From Malacoraja senta (taxonomy: Eukaryota), in NCBI GenBank assembly GCA_038087875.1, contig CM075990.1:17858001-17922000 (forward strand): a stretch of DNA of 64,000 nucleotides. The letters run 5' to 3'. Of this stretch, positions 1-12,928 are shown piece after piece. Position 1 is the stretch's first letter. Each line of letters begins with the position of its first letter. The translations under genes and the position numbers were made by a program. A model generated the notes under the pieces. The model was not told where the DNA came from and searched no databases. It worked only from the letters and a program-made list of their open reading frames with translations.

Positions 1-695
1 ACTAAGGGCACAAAATTGGCTTTAAATAGGTCCTTGGGTTTCTTGGTGATCTTAATACCTAAATAAGTAAAACAGTCGGTAGTCAATCTAAATGGAAACT
101 GCCCATAATTCACAATTTGATTGTTTAGTGGAAAAAGCTCACTCTTACTAAGATTTAATTTATAACCAGAAAAACGACTGAATTGGTTAAGTAAAGCTAA
201 TATTGCAGGAATAGATTTCTCTGGATTAAAAATAAATAATAACAGATCATCTGCATAGCTTATATGTCTTATTCCCACGGACAATACCAAAAATATTGGG
301 GGATTCCCTAAGAGCAGTGGCCAAAGGTTCCAAAGCAATATCAAACAATAAAGGGCTTAAAGGACAGCCCTGTCTAGTACCTCGAAAGAGCCGAAAGAAA
401 GAGGATCTCTGATTATTGGTAAGTACAGAAGCCTGAGGTATATGATATATCAGCTTGATCCAAGAGATAAATTTTGGACCAATCTTAAATTTTTCAAGTG
501 TATTGAATAAGTATTCCCATTCTAGCATCAAGTGAAATGACACATTCTGGAGTTTTATTTGAAGCAGTATATACAATATTCATTAATCTCCTAACGTTAA
601 AGTATGAATAACGATTTTTAATAAAACCGGTCTGATCTTCAAAAATAATTTGCGGTAAAATGTTTTCCAATCTCATAGCTAATATTTTTGAAAGA
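1..695 (-). mobile_element. L1-clade LINE ORF2 reverse transcriptase fragment (frameshifted)
   Basis: DQTGFIKNR, GTRQGCPLSPLLFDIALEPLA motifs across two frames. Confidence 0.85.
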
Positions 696-1380
696 TCTGC
701 CCTCTGTGTGAAAATGTTGCCCCTCAGATTCCTATTAAATCTTTCCTCTCTCACCTTAAACATACAGTTTTTGATTTCCCCTTCTCAGGGTAAAAGGCTG
801 TGCATCCACCCTATATATTTCCCTTATGATCTTATACACTTCTATAAGATCAGCTATCCTCCTACACTCCAAGGAATACAGTCCTAGCCTGTCCAACCAC
901 CAGCTCAGGCCAAGTCCTGGCAACATCCTCATAAATCTTCTCTGCACTCTTTTCAGCTCAACAACATCTTTCCTATAACAGGGCGACCAAACCTGAAGAC
1001 AATACATAAACTATGTCCTCACCAGCACCTTGTACAGCTGGAACATAACATCCCAACTTCTATCATCAAAACCCCTACTGATGAAGACCATAGTGCCGAA
1101 ATGCTTCTTGACCATTTAATCTATCTGTGACGCGACTCTCAAGGAACTATGCACCCCTAGATCCCTTTACTCTACAACACTCCTCAGAGCCCTGCCATTT
1201 ACTGTGAAGGTCCTGCCTTGGTTAGACTTCCTAAAATGCAACACCTCACATTTATCTGCATTAAACTCCATTAAACCTTAAAGCCCTGCGGTAAACCTTG
1301 ATAACTATCTTTGCTATCTATATTACCACCCACTTTAGAGTCATCTACAAACTTACTAATCATTTCTTGCACATTCTCAT
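696..1380 (-). mobile_element. Degenerate CR1 LINE 3' fragment
   Basis: YCLQVWSP..RVQRRF..LGLYSLE..DLIEVYKI, typical of the CR1 ORF2 C-terminus. Confidence 0.8.
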
Positions 1381-1785
1381 CAAAGCAAGGTTTCTGCAGA
1401 GCAAAAGTTTCCAGAAGCATCTGTGATAACTGCCCAGTCAGTCAGTTCAGAATGAGGCTGGTCAGACACTGAATGAGACCTCCACTTATTACCACAGAAT
1501 CTTAATGCATTTACAATGTGTCTGATTCAATCTCTCACTTCAAAGTTGGCAGCCCCCATGCTGCACAGAGGTGTCTGCCCAAATCATTGGTTGACAGTGG
1601 CTTACGACGACAGAGCATGGCACGGCAGTTTAACACCAATTAACATGTTTGAACTGGTATTGAAATATTATTTGGTTGACGCTGATTTATTTGATTAGCT
1701 TTCAATCTCAGACATTCTGGAGGGTATAAAATGAATTTAATTAAATGTGAATAACTGGGGAACATGCTTCTTCCTTTTAGCTCAC

Positions 1786-2049
1786 CTTTCTCTTTGGCCC
1801 CCTAGCCAATGACTTTGCTGTGTCTGGCGATGGACAGAGCTGCGTCTCATCGTTCTCATCCTCGTATTCCTCTTCGCTGACTTCATTCGGAGGCTCCATT
1901 ATCAATTCACTGTTGGCCGGTGGACACACAGACTGTGTAAATCCATTTTTACACGTTGCATTATTTACTGAATGCACATCGGCCTGCATTTCAGCACACT
2001 GTTCCTGTTCCTTCTCCCAGCAACTAGCTTGCTCCATCAGTTGCTCAGC
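1786..2049 (-). CDS. KAT6B: KAT6B internal coding exon, start of acidic region (AEQLMEQASCWEKEQEQ...RGPKRK)
   Basis: LMEQASCWEKE resembles KAT6B rather than KAT6A (from memory); ttcAG acceptor, GTGAG donor; 264 bp, phase 0/0. Confidence 0.85.
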
Positions 2050-3259
2050 CTGAATTTGAAAGTAGAGGAAAAAAAATCTGCAATTATTAACCTCCATCAC
2101 CGGTTCTTAATTAAGAGTTGAGTCAAATTCAACTATCTGCCTTTTTAATGAAATTGTCCCGAACTGAATCTGGCAGCAGCTTGTTCTAAAAAAGACATTG
2201 AACAGGTTGAGAATTTGTCATAGAACATTTGGAGCTGTGCATAACCAGTGAATAGGTTAAAAAGGTTTGCTCTACAGCACATGCCTTTGGTGGGTCAAAC
2301 ATATGGCACTCGTCATGAATATTCAATTATTTAAAGACAATTACTTCAGTTTCTCAGTTAAGTAGAGGCACACAACTGAGTTCGCAGGTTCAAGACCCAG
2401 CCAGGAAATCTGAAGCAACAATCTAGGTGGAGATGAACAATATAGCACTTTACTTAAAATTACTTCTCTGAAATGAGTTCTTCAATAGTTCCTCCAGCAG
2501 TTTGGCTTCTGCTCTTTACTAAATCCTGACTACCTTCTACATGCACCACTTAAACCAAATGAATTGACTCCACTGGCTTGACCAATGTTACTACAGTGGG
2601 TCAGATCTCACTACCTACCTCACTTCGTTGTGATGGTTTATTGCAATATTGTGACAGTAATTGTGTGGCACTTTGGAATGGGATGGACATTTCTTTAAAC
2701 ATATGAACTGTGCAATACGATGAGGTATTTAATTTTAGGTGAATGTGTGGAGGGTTTATTCAACAAAACACAGAAAATATATATATTTTTATTTTTATTT
2801 CGCTGTATTGCCAAGATTTAAAGTGGAGGCTATCATTTTCATTATGTACACAGTGACAAGCTCCATACTCCGGTCAACAGCCACAAAAGAATTGTCCAAA
2901 AGCTAAATGAGATAATTAAAATGTTAATGCACTGAACATTCATCAGATTGCAACTCTGTGTTGGGCTTTTGCAGTAGCATTAAATGATGCTCTATATTCA
3001 TTTTAATGATGCAAACACAAGTTTACCATCTATATGAGAGGCCGGTGGAAGGCATGGTCTTGTCCCCTGAAGTGGGCCTCCCGGTGGTGAGGGCCTATTT
3101 GAGTATTAATTAACATGGCATAACTATCTTGGTCACTGCTGCGACATTTGAGGTATCCAAATTCTTTCAAACAAATTTTTCTTCAAGCAAATCAGAATTA
3201 AGTGATTGTCCCTTGTGATATCCTTATCAATGTTGTTCCCCACCCAAAATTACCTCCTC

Positions 3260-3445
3260 AGTGGTGATGTTTTCAAGAGAGAGTTAGATTTAGCTCTTAG
3301 GGCTAAAGGAATCAAGGGATATGGGGAAAAAGCAGGAATGGGGTACTGATTTTAGATGATCAGCCATGATCATATTGAATGTCAATGCTGGCTCAAAGTG
3401 CCGAATGGCTTACTCCTGCACCCATTTTTCTATATTCTATGTTTC
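3260..3445 (+). mobile_element. CR1 3' tail
   Basis: gatcagccatgatcatattgaatg...tactcctgcacc...ttctat tail, shared with 11830-11914. Confidence 0.8.
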
Positions 3446-3944
3446 CTCCACACACTCCCCTACTGGTTGTCTTCAATACATCCCTCAACCTGCCTCTAAA
3501 GTATGCTTCTCTTCCCATCCTTGCTGGACATGTTACCTCTTCAACATTCCATGCCCTACAAGGTTCTCACCTATGAGGTTTTCTTCCAATTCCACCCTTT
3601 CCCCAATTCCCATCTAATCCCTCTCCCACACACCACCATTCATTTCTGCCATTCAACCTCAATTCTATTCCACCTTCCCACCCTTCTGGACTTCATCTTT
3701 TGGTAATTACAGGTGGTATTTACTATCGCTCAGTTCCCTTTGCCTCGAGAACCCATTCATTATTCACTAGCTTCAACCTCACTCTTCAGTTGGTATCACC
3801 ACTCATCATTCAACCTCTCCTGCCCTTCACCCCATCACATTCCTTCCCTTTTGCTCTCTCATTCCTTTCCATGCAACTTAGAACATATTTTATTTCTAAC
3901 TTTTCCTAATTTTGATGATTGATAATCAGAACCAGGAAATACTA

Positions 3945-4036
3945 GATGACAGGCACTAGAGTAACTCAGCGGTTCAGGCAGCGTCTATGGAGAAAAAGGA
4001 TGGGTGACGTTTCGGGTCAGGAACCTTCTTCAGACT
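3945..4036 (-). mobile_element. Short Penelope-type (pLTR-derived) insert with degenerate hammerhead core
   Basis: rc agtCTGAAGAaggttcctgacccGAAAcgtc; 13-bp TSD ccaggaaatacta at 3932-3944 and 4037-4049. Confidence 0.7.
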
Positions 4037-5526
4037 CCAGGAAATACTAAGACTGAGTTTCTTCACAGGTGCCTGATATATGGGGTATTTCCAGTTTTGT
4101 CTGAAGTTTGCATTCTATGGAAAGCACCATACACAGGAATACATACATTGTTTCATGGCCGTCTCTCTAGTTATCTCTGAGCAAAACAGACTGTTGGGGG
4201 AAACTGTAACTCTGATACTTGGCCTAATGTTGCCCTTAACAACAGTCACCGCTGCCCCAGCATATCAAGAAGGTGTTACTACAAGCCACATTATGCACAA
4301 ACTGCTGAACTCAGCGGGTCAGGCAGCATCTGTGGAAGGAAATGGACAATGTTTTAGGTTGGGACCCATCTTCAGACTGTATAGGCCAAAAGTATTTGGT
4401 CAGGATTATTTGTTAATTAAATAGAATATTAAAGGTAGACAAATTCAAATAATTTTTTTTTAAAAACTTGAATCAATCCAGAGGGAGATTTAGAACAAAC
4501 ACATGATAACAGGTCGGGTGACAGTTTTGCCTGAAGATGGGCTTTCACAAAATGTCACAAGTGGACAACGTGAATACTAATTTTGTCAGAGAAACTCAAA
4601 TACATTTGCCAGAAGTAAAGCTCAACAGCTGAGCTGTGATTTATGTCACGAGATGTATTTCATGCTACATCCAGTGCCTTTCAACAACAAACTGTGTGAC
4701 TAACAGATCTGCCACTCTTTGAGATGAGGTGTTAATGTCTAGATATTGCCATTTCCCCAGATGACATTTTGTGCTTATAATGGATTCCACAGATGGTTCG
4801 GGATTCTGACACACCAGAAGGGTCTATGTCATCCTAGTCAGGGTATATAATGTACTTCAAAAAAATAATTCCATTAAAAAAGCAATTCTATTTTCTTTGA
4901 TAAAAAAAAATCCTGGCTTTCCATATTTATAATGACTGCAGTCTTCCATTTTAAGTTTCTTCTTAACTGTTGCTATTTTAAGAAATATAATAGCGACAAA
5001 TGTCATAGAACATGCATATAGCCAAAGGGTATCAACCACCAGAACAGAACCATTAAGAAATGAGAGGATGATCATGTGTTGCAGAGCAAGAGCTCATATT
5101 AACATGAACGTTGTCACATAAACCAGACCAGGTGGTGAAACTATTTCAGCCATCACATAAAGCCAAGGCCAAGGAGTTCTGCTTTTCACAGAGAATACAT
5201 TGAATTACAAATATCACAGGAAAAAAAATCATAAGATCTGATTCAATGATGTTCAAGTCAGCCACTCTACAGAGATGCAGTCACAGAATCTGATTTTCAT
5301 GCATCAATAAAAATCCATGAACCTCATAAGTTAGTGTTACCATAAATTACATGCTCCACTTTCATATCTGGTACAATAATTCTTAATCATCTGGAAGAGA
5401 TTACATAGAAAATAAGGGCGGGGAAAATGCACCAGGCCCTGCTCTACTCTGCCATTCAATACAATAACTGTTGAACCTGTTTGCTCTCTGCTTATTCTTT
5501 GTCCAGAAATTTATCACAGCTGTTGT

Positions 5527-5632
5527 GTTTAAGAAAGAACTACAGGTGCTGGTAAATCGAAGGTAGACAAAAATGCTGGATAACTCAACGGGTGAGGCAG
5601 CATCTATGGAGAGAAAGAATTGGCGACGTTTC
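5527..5632 (-). mobile_element. Penelope-type short repeat, truncated inside the hammerhead core
   Basis: Same family as 17732-17853 (aagaactacaggtgctgg...actcaacgggtgaggcagcatctatggag...gacgtttc). Confidence 0.65.
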
Positions 5633-6000
5633 ACAGCCGCCTGCTATAGAACACAGAACACTGCAGCACAGGAACAGACCCTTCGGCCAACAATGTCTTC
5701 CTGGGATGAAAACCAAATACTAGAGGACATAGCTTTGAAGTGAGAGGGGCAAAGTTTAAAGGAAATGTGCAGGACAATTTTATTTTACAGAGGGTGGTGA
5801 GTGCCTGGAATCCACTGATGAGAGTGGTGGTGGAGGCAGTTACATGAATGGCATTTAAGAGACTTTTGGCTTGGCAAATGCATATGCAGGGAATGGAGGG
5901 GTATGGATTATGTGCAGGTAGATAAGAGATGGTCGGCATCATGTTCGGCACAGACACTGTGGGCCAAAGGACCTGTTCTTGTGCTGTACTGTTCTATATG
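5630..6000 (+). mobile_element. Degenerate CR1 3' fragment(s)
   Basis: actagaggacatagcttt...agagggtggtgagtgcctggaa...ggacctgttcttgtgctgtactgttctat. Confidence 0.7.
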
Positions 6001-6084
6001 CACAGTTCTCAACATAGACAATTGCTTGGCTATTTCACAAGGAAATTGATCCTGCTCGTAATCAACACGTATATAACCATGTTG

Positions 6085-6412
6085 AGCTGACCAAAATGTT
6101 AAATGGTCAGCTCAACATAGATTACAAGACCTACACCAAACCCAAACCAATTAGGAGTAGACGAGGACATTCGATCCAATTTGAGATTCCAGCTACCAAG
6201 ACAGATGTGTACAGCAATTCATTCTTCCCCCGCACAATTAAAGCATGGAATAATCTTCTCCCTACCATAGTTACCCAACCAGATGCAACTAAATTTAAGG
6301 TAGCTCTTTCTTCCCAAAAACCCTTTCTGGCTTAAGTCCTCCCTCCACCACCTCCAGTTTAAATTCCATTTGGAATATTTTGGAGGACCAAGAAAACAAG
6401 AACCAAGAACCA
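6085..6412 (+). mobile_element. 3' end of a CR1/L2-group LINE (Crack/Daphne-like)
   Basis: RSRRGH..SNSFFPRTIKAWNNLLP C-terminal motif; short 3' UTR ending in caagaac repeats. Confidence 0.65.
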
Positions 6413-6801
6413 CCACGTATATAATCATGGTACCAACTAATAGTTGTATTTGTGTTGATTTGTAAATGATTGGCCATTCTGGAGAGTTATGATTACTTAT
6501 GGCATATAGTTTGTAAATCAAACAGCCAGTATCCGAGAACATTTTGACAGAAATAATCATTAATTTATTTTTATTCTTTCAAACACCGAGAGAATTTCTG
6601 ATGTAATAATCATGTCCCTTTGAAAAATGTAATTGTGAAAAAAATGTTTTTGGATAATATGTGTACATTATATCATTACCCACTAAAGAATGAACCTTTT
6701 GTGAGAATGTAATTTTTATATTTATAATATTTGGCCTGTTTATAATTTCAGTAGAGAAATGCTTTATTTTGTGCTTGAATCTTCTGAAACAGCAACACTT
6801 A

Positions 6802-7021
6802 TGGGCCTGCCCTACATAGGCAATTTTTTAGGCGACTGCCGAAAAACTTTCAACATGCTGAACATTTTTCGGCGACATTGGTGACAATTTCAGCTGTCGT
6901 AGGTGCTGTCCTAGGTTGTCGCCAGGTTAACGTAGGTTGTCGCCGGTGCTGACTTCGGTGAATTCCATTGTCCTTGTCATTGGCAGTCATTAAAAAAAAA
7001 CGTGTAAGTGGGACAGGCCCA
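6802..7021. mobile_element. PIF/Harbinger-like MITE (short derivative)
   Basis: Ends TGGGCCTG...CAGGCCCA flanked by TTA/TTA (6799-6801, 7022-7024). Confidence 0.7.
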
Positions 7022-7033
7022 TTAGGATCCTAA

Positions 7034-7633
7034 AGGGCCTGTCCCACTCAGGCGATTTTTTAGGCGACTGTCATAGTCGTAGCAGGTGGGCGAAAAAACG
7101 GCGACTGGACAATGTCTACGACAAGCTACAACAACCTACCACCTAGTCGATGTCAAGCTACGGCAAGCTCCCGACAGCCGGCAACCTATTAGGACGTCCA
7201 CCTACGACCACACAGGCGACAACCTACTACAACCGAAGTCAACCTAGGTCCACCCGCAACAAGCTACGACCCTGTTGGCGACAACTGAAGACAATTCAGT
7301 CGCCGGTACCTGTCGCCGGTTGACGTAGGTAGTTGCCAATGGAATTCACCGAAGTCAGAACCGGATACAACCTACGTCACCTGGCGACAACCAACGACAG
7401 CACCTACGCCAGGAGAAGTCAAGCGACGTTCATTGGCGTCAACCCATTGTCGCCGAAAATGTTTGAACATGTTGAAAATCTAGCGGCGTCCAGATAGACG
7501 CTGCGCCTCTATGGGCGACTGAGGAAACTACTCACGACCATACAGGCGACACCCCGGCAACCATGTGGCGACAGCCTGGTTGCCTGTAGTCGCCAAAAAA
7601 ATAGCCCAAGTGAAGCCACGTAAGGCAGGCCCT
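7034..7633. mobile_element. PIF/Harbinger-like MITE
   Basis: TIR AGGGCCTGTCCCACT..GGCGATTTTTTAGGCGAC and its inverse; TAA/TAA TSD (7031-7033, 7634-7636); internal cgacaacc-type subrepeats. Confidence 0.75.
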
Positions 7634-7917
7634 TAAGTGCAGTACATTAATTTCATGTTTCCTGTTTCCTCCTCATAGAATGCACTGTATATATTTTTAA
7701 TCCTCTTTCTCTGGTTATCTTGTCTGTAGAGTTAAGTGTTTCAGGTTCATGTGTTGGCAATTTCTTCTTTTATACACAGAATGGTGGGTGCCTGGAATGC
7801 GCTGCCAGGGGTGGTGGTGGAGGCAGTCACCATAGTGCCGTGTAAGAGGGGTTTAGATAGGTACATAGATATGCAGGGAACCTGCAGGCAGATGAGATCA
7901 GTTTATGAGATTAGTGT

Positions 7918-7945
7918 CTGATGAAGGGTCTCGACCTGAAACGTT
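7918..7945 (+). ncRNA. Minimal hammerhead ribozyme core in a Penelope-type insert (7916-8011; TSD tgagattagt) inside a CR1 3' fragment
   Basis: CTGATGA-a-GGGT ctcg ACCT-GAAA-CG-TT; palindromic ACGT helix III. Confidence 0.6.
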
Positions 7946-8087
7946 ACCTATTCCTTTTCTCCAGAGATGCTGCCTGACCCGCTGAGTTACTCCAGCATAT
8001 TGTATCTATCTTGAGATTAGTTTAACTTGGCATCGTGTTCGGCACTGTCAAAAGGACCTGTTACTGTGCTCTGTTCTATATATTCTA

Positions 8088-9268
8088 AACCATATAACCA
8101 TATAACCATTACAGCACGGAAACAGGCCATCTCGGCCCTTCAAGTCCGTGCCGAACATTTTTAATTTTTTAAATTTTTTTTAAATAAATACTTCCCCCTA
8201 GTTCCATCTACCTGCACTCAGACCATAACCCTCCATTCCTTTCCCGTCCATATACCCATCCAATCTATTTTTAAAGGATAAAATCGAACCAGCCTCCACA
8301 AACCCGCTCATAATTTTAAAGACCTCTATCAAGTCCCCTCTTAACCTTCTGCGCTCCAAAGAATAAAGACCTAACTAGTTCAACCTTTCTCTGTAACTTA
8401 GTTGCTGAAACCCAGGCAACATTCTAGTAAATCTCCTCTGTACTCTCTCTATTTTGTTGACATCCTTCCTATAATTAGGCGACCAAAATTGTACTCCATA
8501 CTCCAGAATTGGCCTCACCAATGCCTTGTACAATTTTAACATTACATCCCAACTTCTATATTCAATGCTCTGATTTATAAAGGCCAGCACACCAAAAGCT
8601 TTCTTTACCACCCTATCTACATGAGATTCCACCTTCAGGGAACTATGCACAGTTATTCCTAGATCCCTCTGTTCAACTGCATTCCTCAATTCTCTACCAT
8701 TTACCATGTACGTCCTAATTTGATTTGTCCTGCCGAGATGTAGTACCTCACATTTATCAGCATTAAACTCCATCTGCCATCTTTCAGCCCACTCTTCCAA
8801 ATGGCCTAAATCTCTCTGTAGACTTTGAAAATCTTAGTATCATCTGCATACTTCCTAATCCAATTTTCCACACCATCATCCAGATCATTGATGTACATGA
8901 CAAACAACAGTGAACCCAACACAGACCCCCTGAGGCACCCCACTAGTCACCGGCCTCCAACCTGACAAACAGCCATCCACCATTACTCTCTGGCATCTCC
9001 CATTCAGCCACTGTTGAATCCATCTTGCTACTCCACCATTAATACCCAACAATTTAATCTTCTTAACCAACCTTCCATGAGGAATCTTGTCAAAGGCCTT
9101 ACTGAAGTCCATATAGACAACATCCACTGCTTTACCCTCATCAATTTCCCTAGTAACCTCTTCGAAAAATTCTAGAAGATTAGTCAAACATGACCTTCCA
9201 GGCACAAATCCATGTTGACTGTTCTTAATCAGACCCTGCTTATCCAGATGCTTATATATATTATCTCT
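8088..9268 (-). mobile_element. CR1 lineage A, 3' part (RT and tail; internal deletions)
   Basis: SQHGFVPGRSCLTNLLEFF, MDFSKAFD, SGVPQG; (tatggtta)n tail; continues at 14116 after the L1 insertion. Confidence 0.9.
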
Positions 9269-9375
9269 TTTGATTAATATTTTTATTAGAAGCAAACATA
9301 CTATAAAGTATAGTAACATATTATAATAGAAAAAAAAACTTTTCATATACATCAATCATACATTATTAAAATTGT

Positions 9376-11914
9376 CAAACAGGAAATTAGAAATGCGTGC
9401 AACAAAGGCAAAACAGTTATAATGGGTGACTTCAATCTACATATAGATTGGGTAAATCAAATTGGCAGGGGTGCTGAGGAAGAGGATTTCTTGGAATGTA
9501 TGCGGGATAGTTATCTAACCCAACATGTAGAGGAACCAACGAGAGAGCAGGCTATTCTAGACTGGGTATTGAGTAATGAGGAAGGGTTAGTTAGCAGTCT
9601 TGTTGTGCGTGCCCCCTTGGGCAAGAGTGACCATAATATGGTTGAGTTCTTCATTAGGATGGAGAGTGACATTGTTAATTCAGAAACAACGGTTCTGAAC
9701 TTAAAGAAAGGTAACATTGAGGGTATGAGACGTGAATTGGCCAAGATTGACTGGCAATTAGTTCTAAAAGGGTTGACGGTGGATATGCAATGGAAGGCAT
9801 TTAAAGACTGCATGGATGAACTACAAAAGTTGTTAATCCCAGTTTGGCAAAAGAATAAATCAGGGAAGGTAGAGCATCCGTGGATAACAAGGGAAATCAG
9901 GGATAGTATCAAAGCAAAAGATGATGCGTACAAATTAGCCAGAAAAAGCAGCATACCAGAGGATTGGGAGAAATTCAGAGACCAGCAGAGGAGGACAAAG
10001 GGCTTAATTAGGAAAGGGAAAATAGATTATGAAAGGAAACTGGCAGGGAACATAAAAACTGACTGCAAAAGTTTTTATAGATATGTGAAGAGAAAGAGAT
10101 TAGTTAAAACAAATGTAGGTCCCTTGCAGTCAGAAACGGGTGAATTGATCATGGGGAACAAGGATATGGCGGACCAATTGAATAACTACTTTGGTTCCGT
10201 CTTCACTAAGGAAGATATAAATAATCTGCCGGAAATAGCAGGGGGCCGCGGGTCAAAGGAGATGGAGGAACTGAGTGAAATCCAGGTTAGTCGGGAAGTG
10301 GTGTTGGGTAAATTGAATGGATTAAAGGCCGATAAATCACCAGGGCCAGATAGGCTGCTTCCCAGAGTACTTAAGGAAGTAGCTCCAGAAATAGTGGATG
10401 CATTAGTGATAATTTTTCAAAACTCTTTAGATTCTGGAGTAGTTCCTGAGGATTGGAGGGTAGCAAACGTAACCCCACTTTTTAAGAAGGGAGGGAGAGA
10501 GAAAACGGGGAATTACAGACCAGTTAGTCCAACATCGGTAGTGGGGAAACTGCTAGAGTCACTTATTAAAGATGGGATAGCAGCACATTTGGAAAGTGGT
10601 GAAATCATTGGACAAAGTCAGCATGGATTTACGAAAGGTAAATCATGTCTGACGAATCTTATAGAATTTTTCGAGGATGTAACTAGTAGAGTGGATAGGG
10701 GAGAACCAGTGGATGTGTTGTATCTGGACTTTCAGAAGGCTTTTGACAAGGTACCACATAAGAGATTAGTATACAAACTGAAAGCACATGGTATTGGGGG
10801 TTCAGTATTGATGTGGATAGAGAACTGGCTGACAAACAGGAAGCAAAGAGTAGGAGTAAACGGGTCCTTTTCACAATGGCAGGCAGTGACTAGTGGGGTA
10901 CCGCAAGGCTCAGTGCTGGGACCCCAGCTATTTACAATTTATATTAATGATCTGGATGAGGGAATTGAAGGCAACATCTCCAAGTTTGCGGATGACACTA
11001 AGCTGGGGGGCAGTGTTAGCTGTGAGGAGGATGCTAGGAGACTGCAAGGTGACTTGGATAGGCTGGGTGAGTGGGCAAATGTTTGGCAGATGCAGTATAA
11101 TGTGGATAAATGTGAGGTTATCCACTTTGGTGGCAAAAACAGGAAAGCAGCCTATTATCTAAATGATGGCTGATTAGGAAATGGGGAGATGCAGCGAGAC
11201 CTGGGTGTCATGGTACACCAGTCATTGAAAGTAGGCATGCAGGTGCAGCAGGCAGTGAAGAAAGCGAATGGTATGTTGGCCTTCATAGCAAGAGGATTTG
11301 AGTATAGGAGCAGGGAGGTTCTACTGCAGTTGTACAGGGTCTTGGTGAGACCACACCTGGAGTATTGCGTACAGTTTTGGTCTCCAAATCTGAGGAAGGA
11401 CATTATAGCCATAGAGGGAGTGCAGAGAAGGTTCACCAGACTGATCCCTGGGATGTCAGGACTTTCATATGAAGAAAGACTGGATAGACTTGGCTTATAC
11501 TCGCTAGAATTTAGGAGATTGAGAGGGGATCTTATAGAAACGTACAAAATTCTTATGGGGTTGGACAGGCTAGATGCAGGAAGATTGTTCCCGATGTTGG
11601 GGAAGTCCAGGACAAGGGGTCACAGCTTAAGGATAAGGGGGAAATCCTTTAAGACCGAGATGAGGAAAAACTTTTTCACACAGAGAGTGGTGAATCTCTG
11701 GAACTCTCTGCCACAGAGGGTAGTTGAGGCCAGTTCATTGGCTATATTTAAGAGGGAGTTAGATGTGGCCCTTGTGGCTAATGGGATCAGGGGGTATGGA
11801 GAGAAGGCAGGTACGGGATACTGTGTTGGATGATCAGCCATGATCATATTGAATGGCGGTGCAGGCTCGAAGGGCCGAATGGCCTACTCCTGCACCTATT
11901 TTCTATGTATCTAT
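9376..11914 (+). mobile_element. CR1 lineage B, 5'-truncated, one premature stop (TGA 11171-11173)
   Basis: GDFN, SDH, LDFQKAFDKV, GVPQGSVLGP, FADDTKL; near-identical to ~43750-46290; ttctatgt tail. Confidence 0.95.
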
Positions 11915-12928
11915 CTATGATACGCTTTTGCAATCCATTTTGTTTTTAATCTATGTTGTGCTTCCTTTTTAAGATGTGTTTCCTGGAGAAATATTATATC
12001 TGCTTTAAGTAATTTTAAATGAGCTAATACTTTACCTCTCTTGATTGGTTCATTAATTCCCTTAACATTCCAACTACAGAATTTAATTCCTTCACCCCCA
12101 ATTTTCCTATTAACGTCTTGCATCTTGTGATTAAAGTGGTCTATGTTAGAGCAGATGGCTCAGCACACCAAACCCCACCTTATACCCAAACATCAGGTAG
12201 ATGAATTTTAGGTCCCGTCGGTTTACCATCCGGACATATCTCCCTAAATAAAATATATAATTCCATTCCAAATACAAAATATAATATAACATAAGATAAA
12301 AAAGATAAAAAGAAGTTGCATTAATAACGTGTAAAGAGTAGAAAAATAAGAAAACTACAACTATGGTTAGTGCAGTTAGTGATAGCCACCCTAGTGTGGC
12401 TAAGCATCTAAGGACTTCCGTAGCTTTTGGTAAATAAAAAGATATTACTCGCTCCGTACTTTCCTTAAAAGGAAAGTTTCAATTACAATGAAAACAATTT
12501 ATGGGGGGGAGGGAAACAATAGTTATATTCCATAATTGAAATAATTATTAGTCTCAAATTAAAATGTTAGTTGCCAAAATTTTTAAAAAAAAACATTGTT
12601 AAAGAGTAAAATCAAAAATATCAAAGAAAAAACGTCCTAAATTTTTATTAAATTACCTGAATCACACTATACTTATATTTCATACTATTAATTAATTTAG
12701 AGTTGATCCAGTTAACAATAATTAGTATTGATTAGTATTCATAATTAGTAATAGTTGTTAGAAATTAGTACTAAAATGTAAATATTATATATCAGTAGCA
12801 ATCTAATTGCCCAATTCTTATTGCAGATTTTGGACAGTTCTTAAGTATAATAGTTTAAAGTTCCATTTCTTCTCTGCAGGGTAACAATGTCCGATATCTT
12901 CAGGTGAATGTTGGGTGTAGGGTATTAT

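Noticed and set aside
2375..2430. Possible tRNA or B-box (ggttcaagacc)
   Set aside because: No cloverleaf; at most an old SINE head too degraded to call.
9511..11847. Antisense ORFs over CR1 ORF2 (also 44007-46217, 54867-57203)
   Set aside because: Shadows of the coding strand, recurring because the copies are near-identical.
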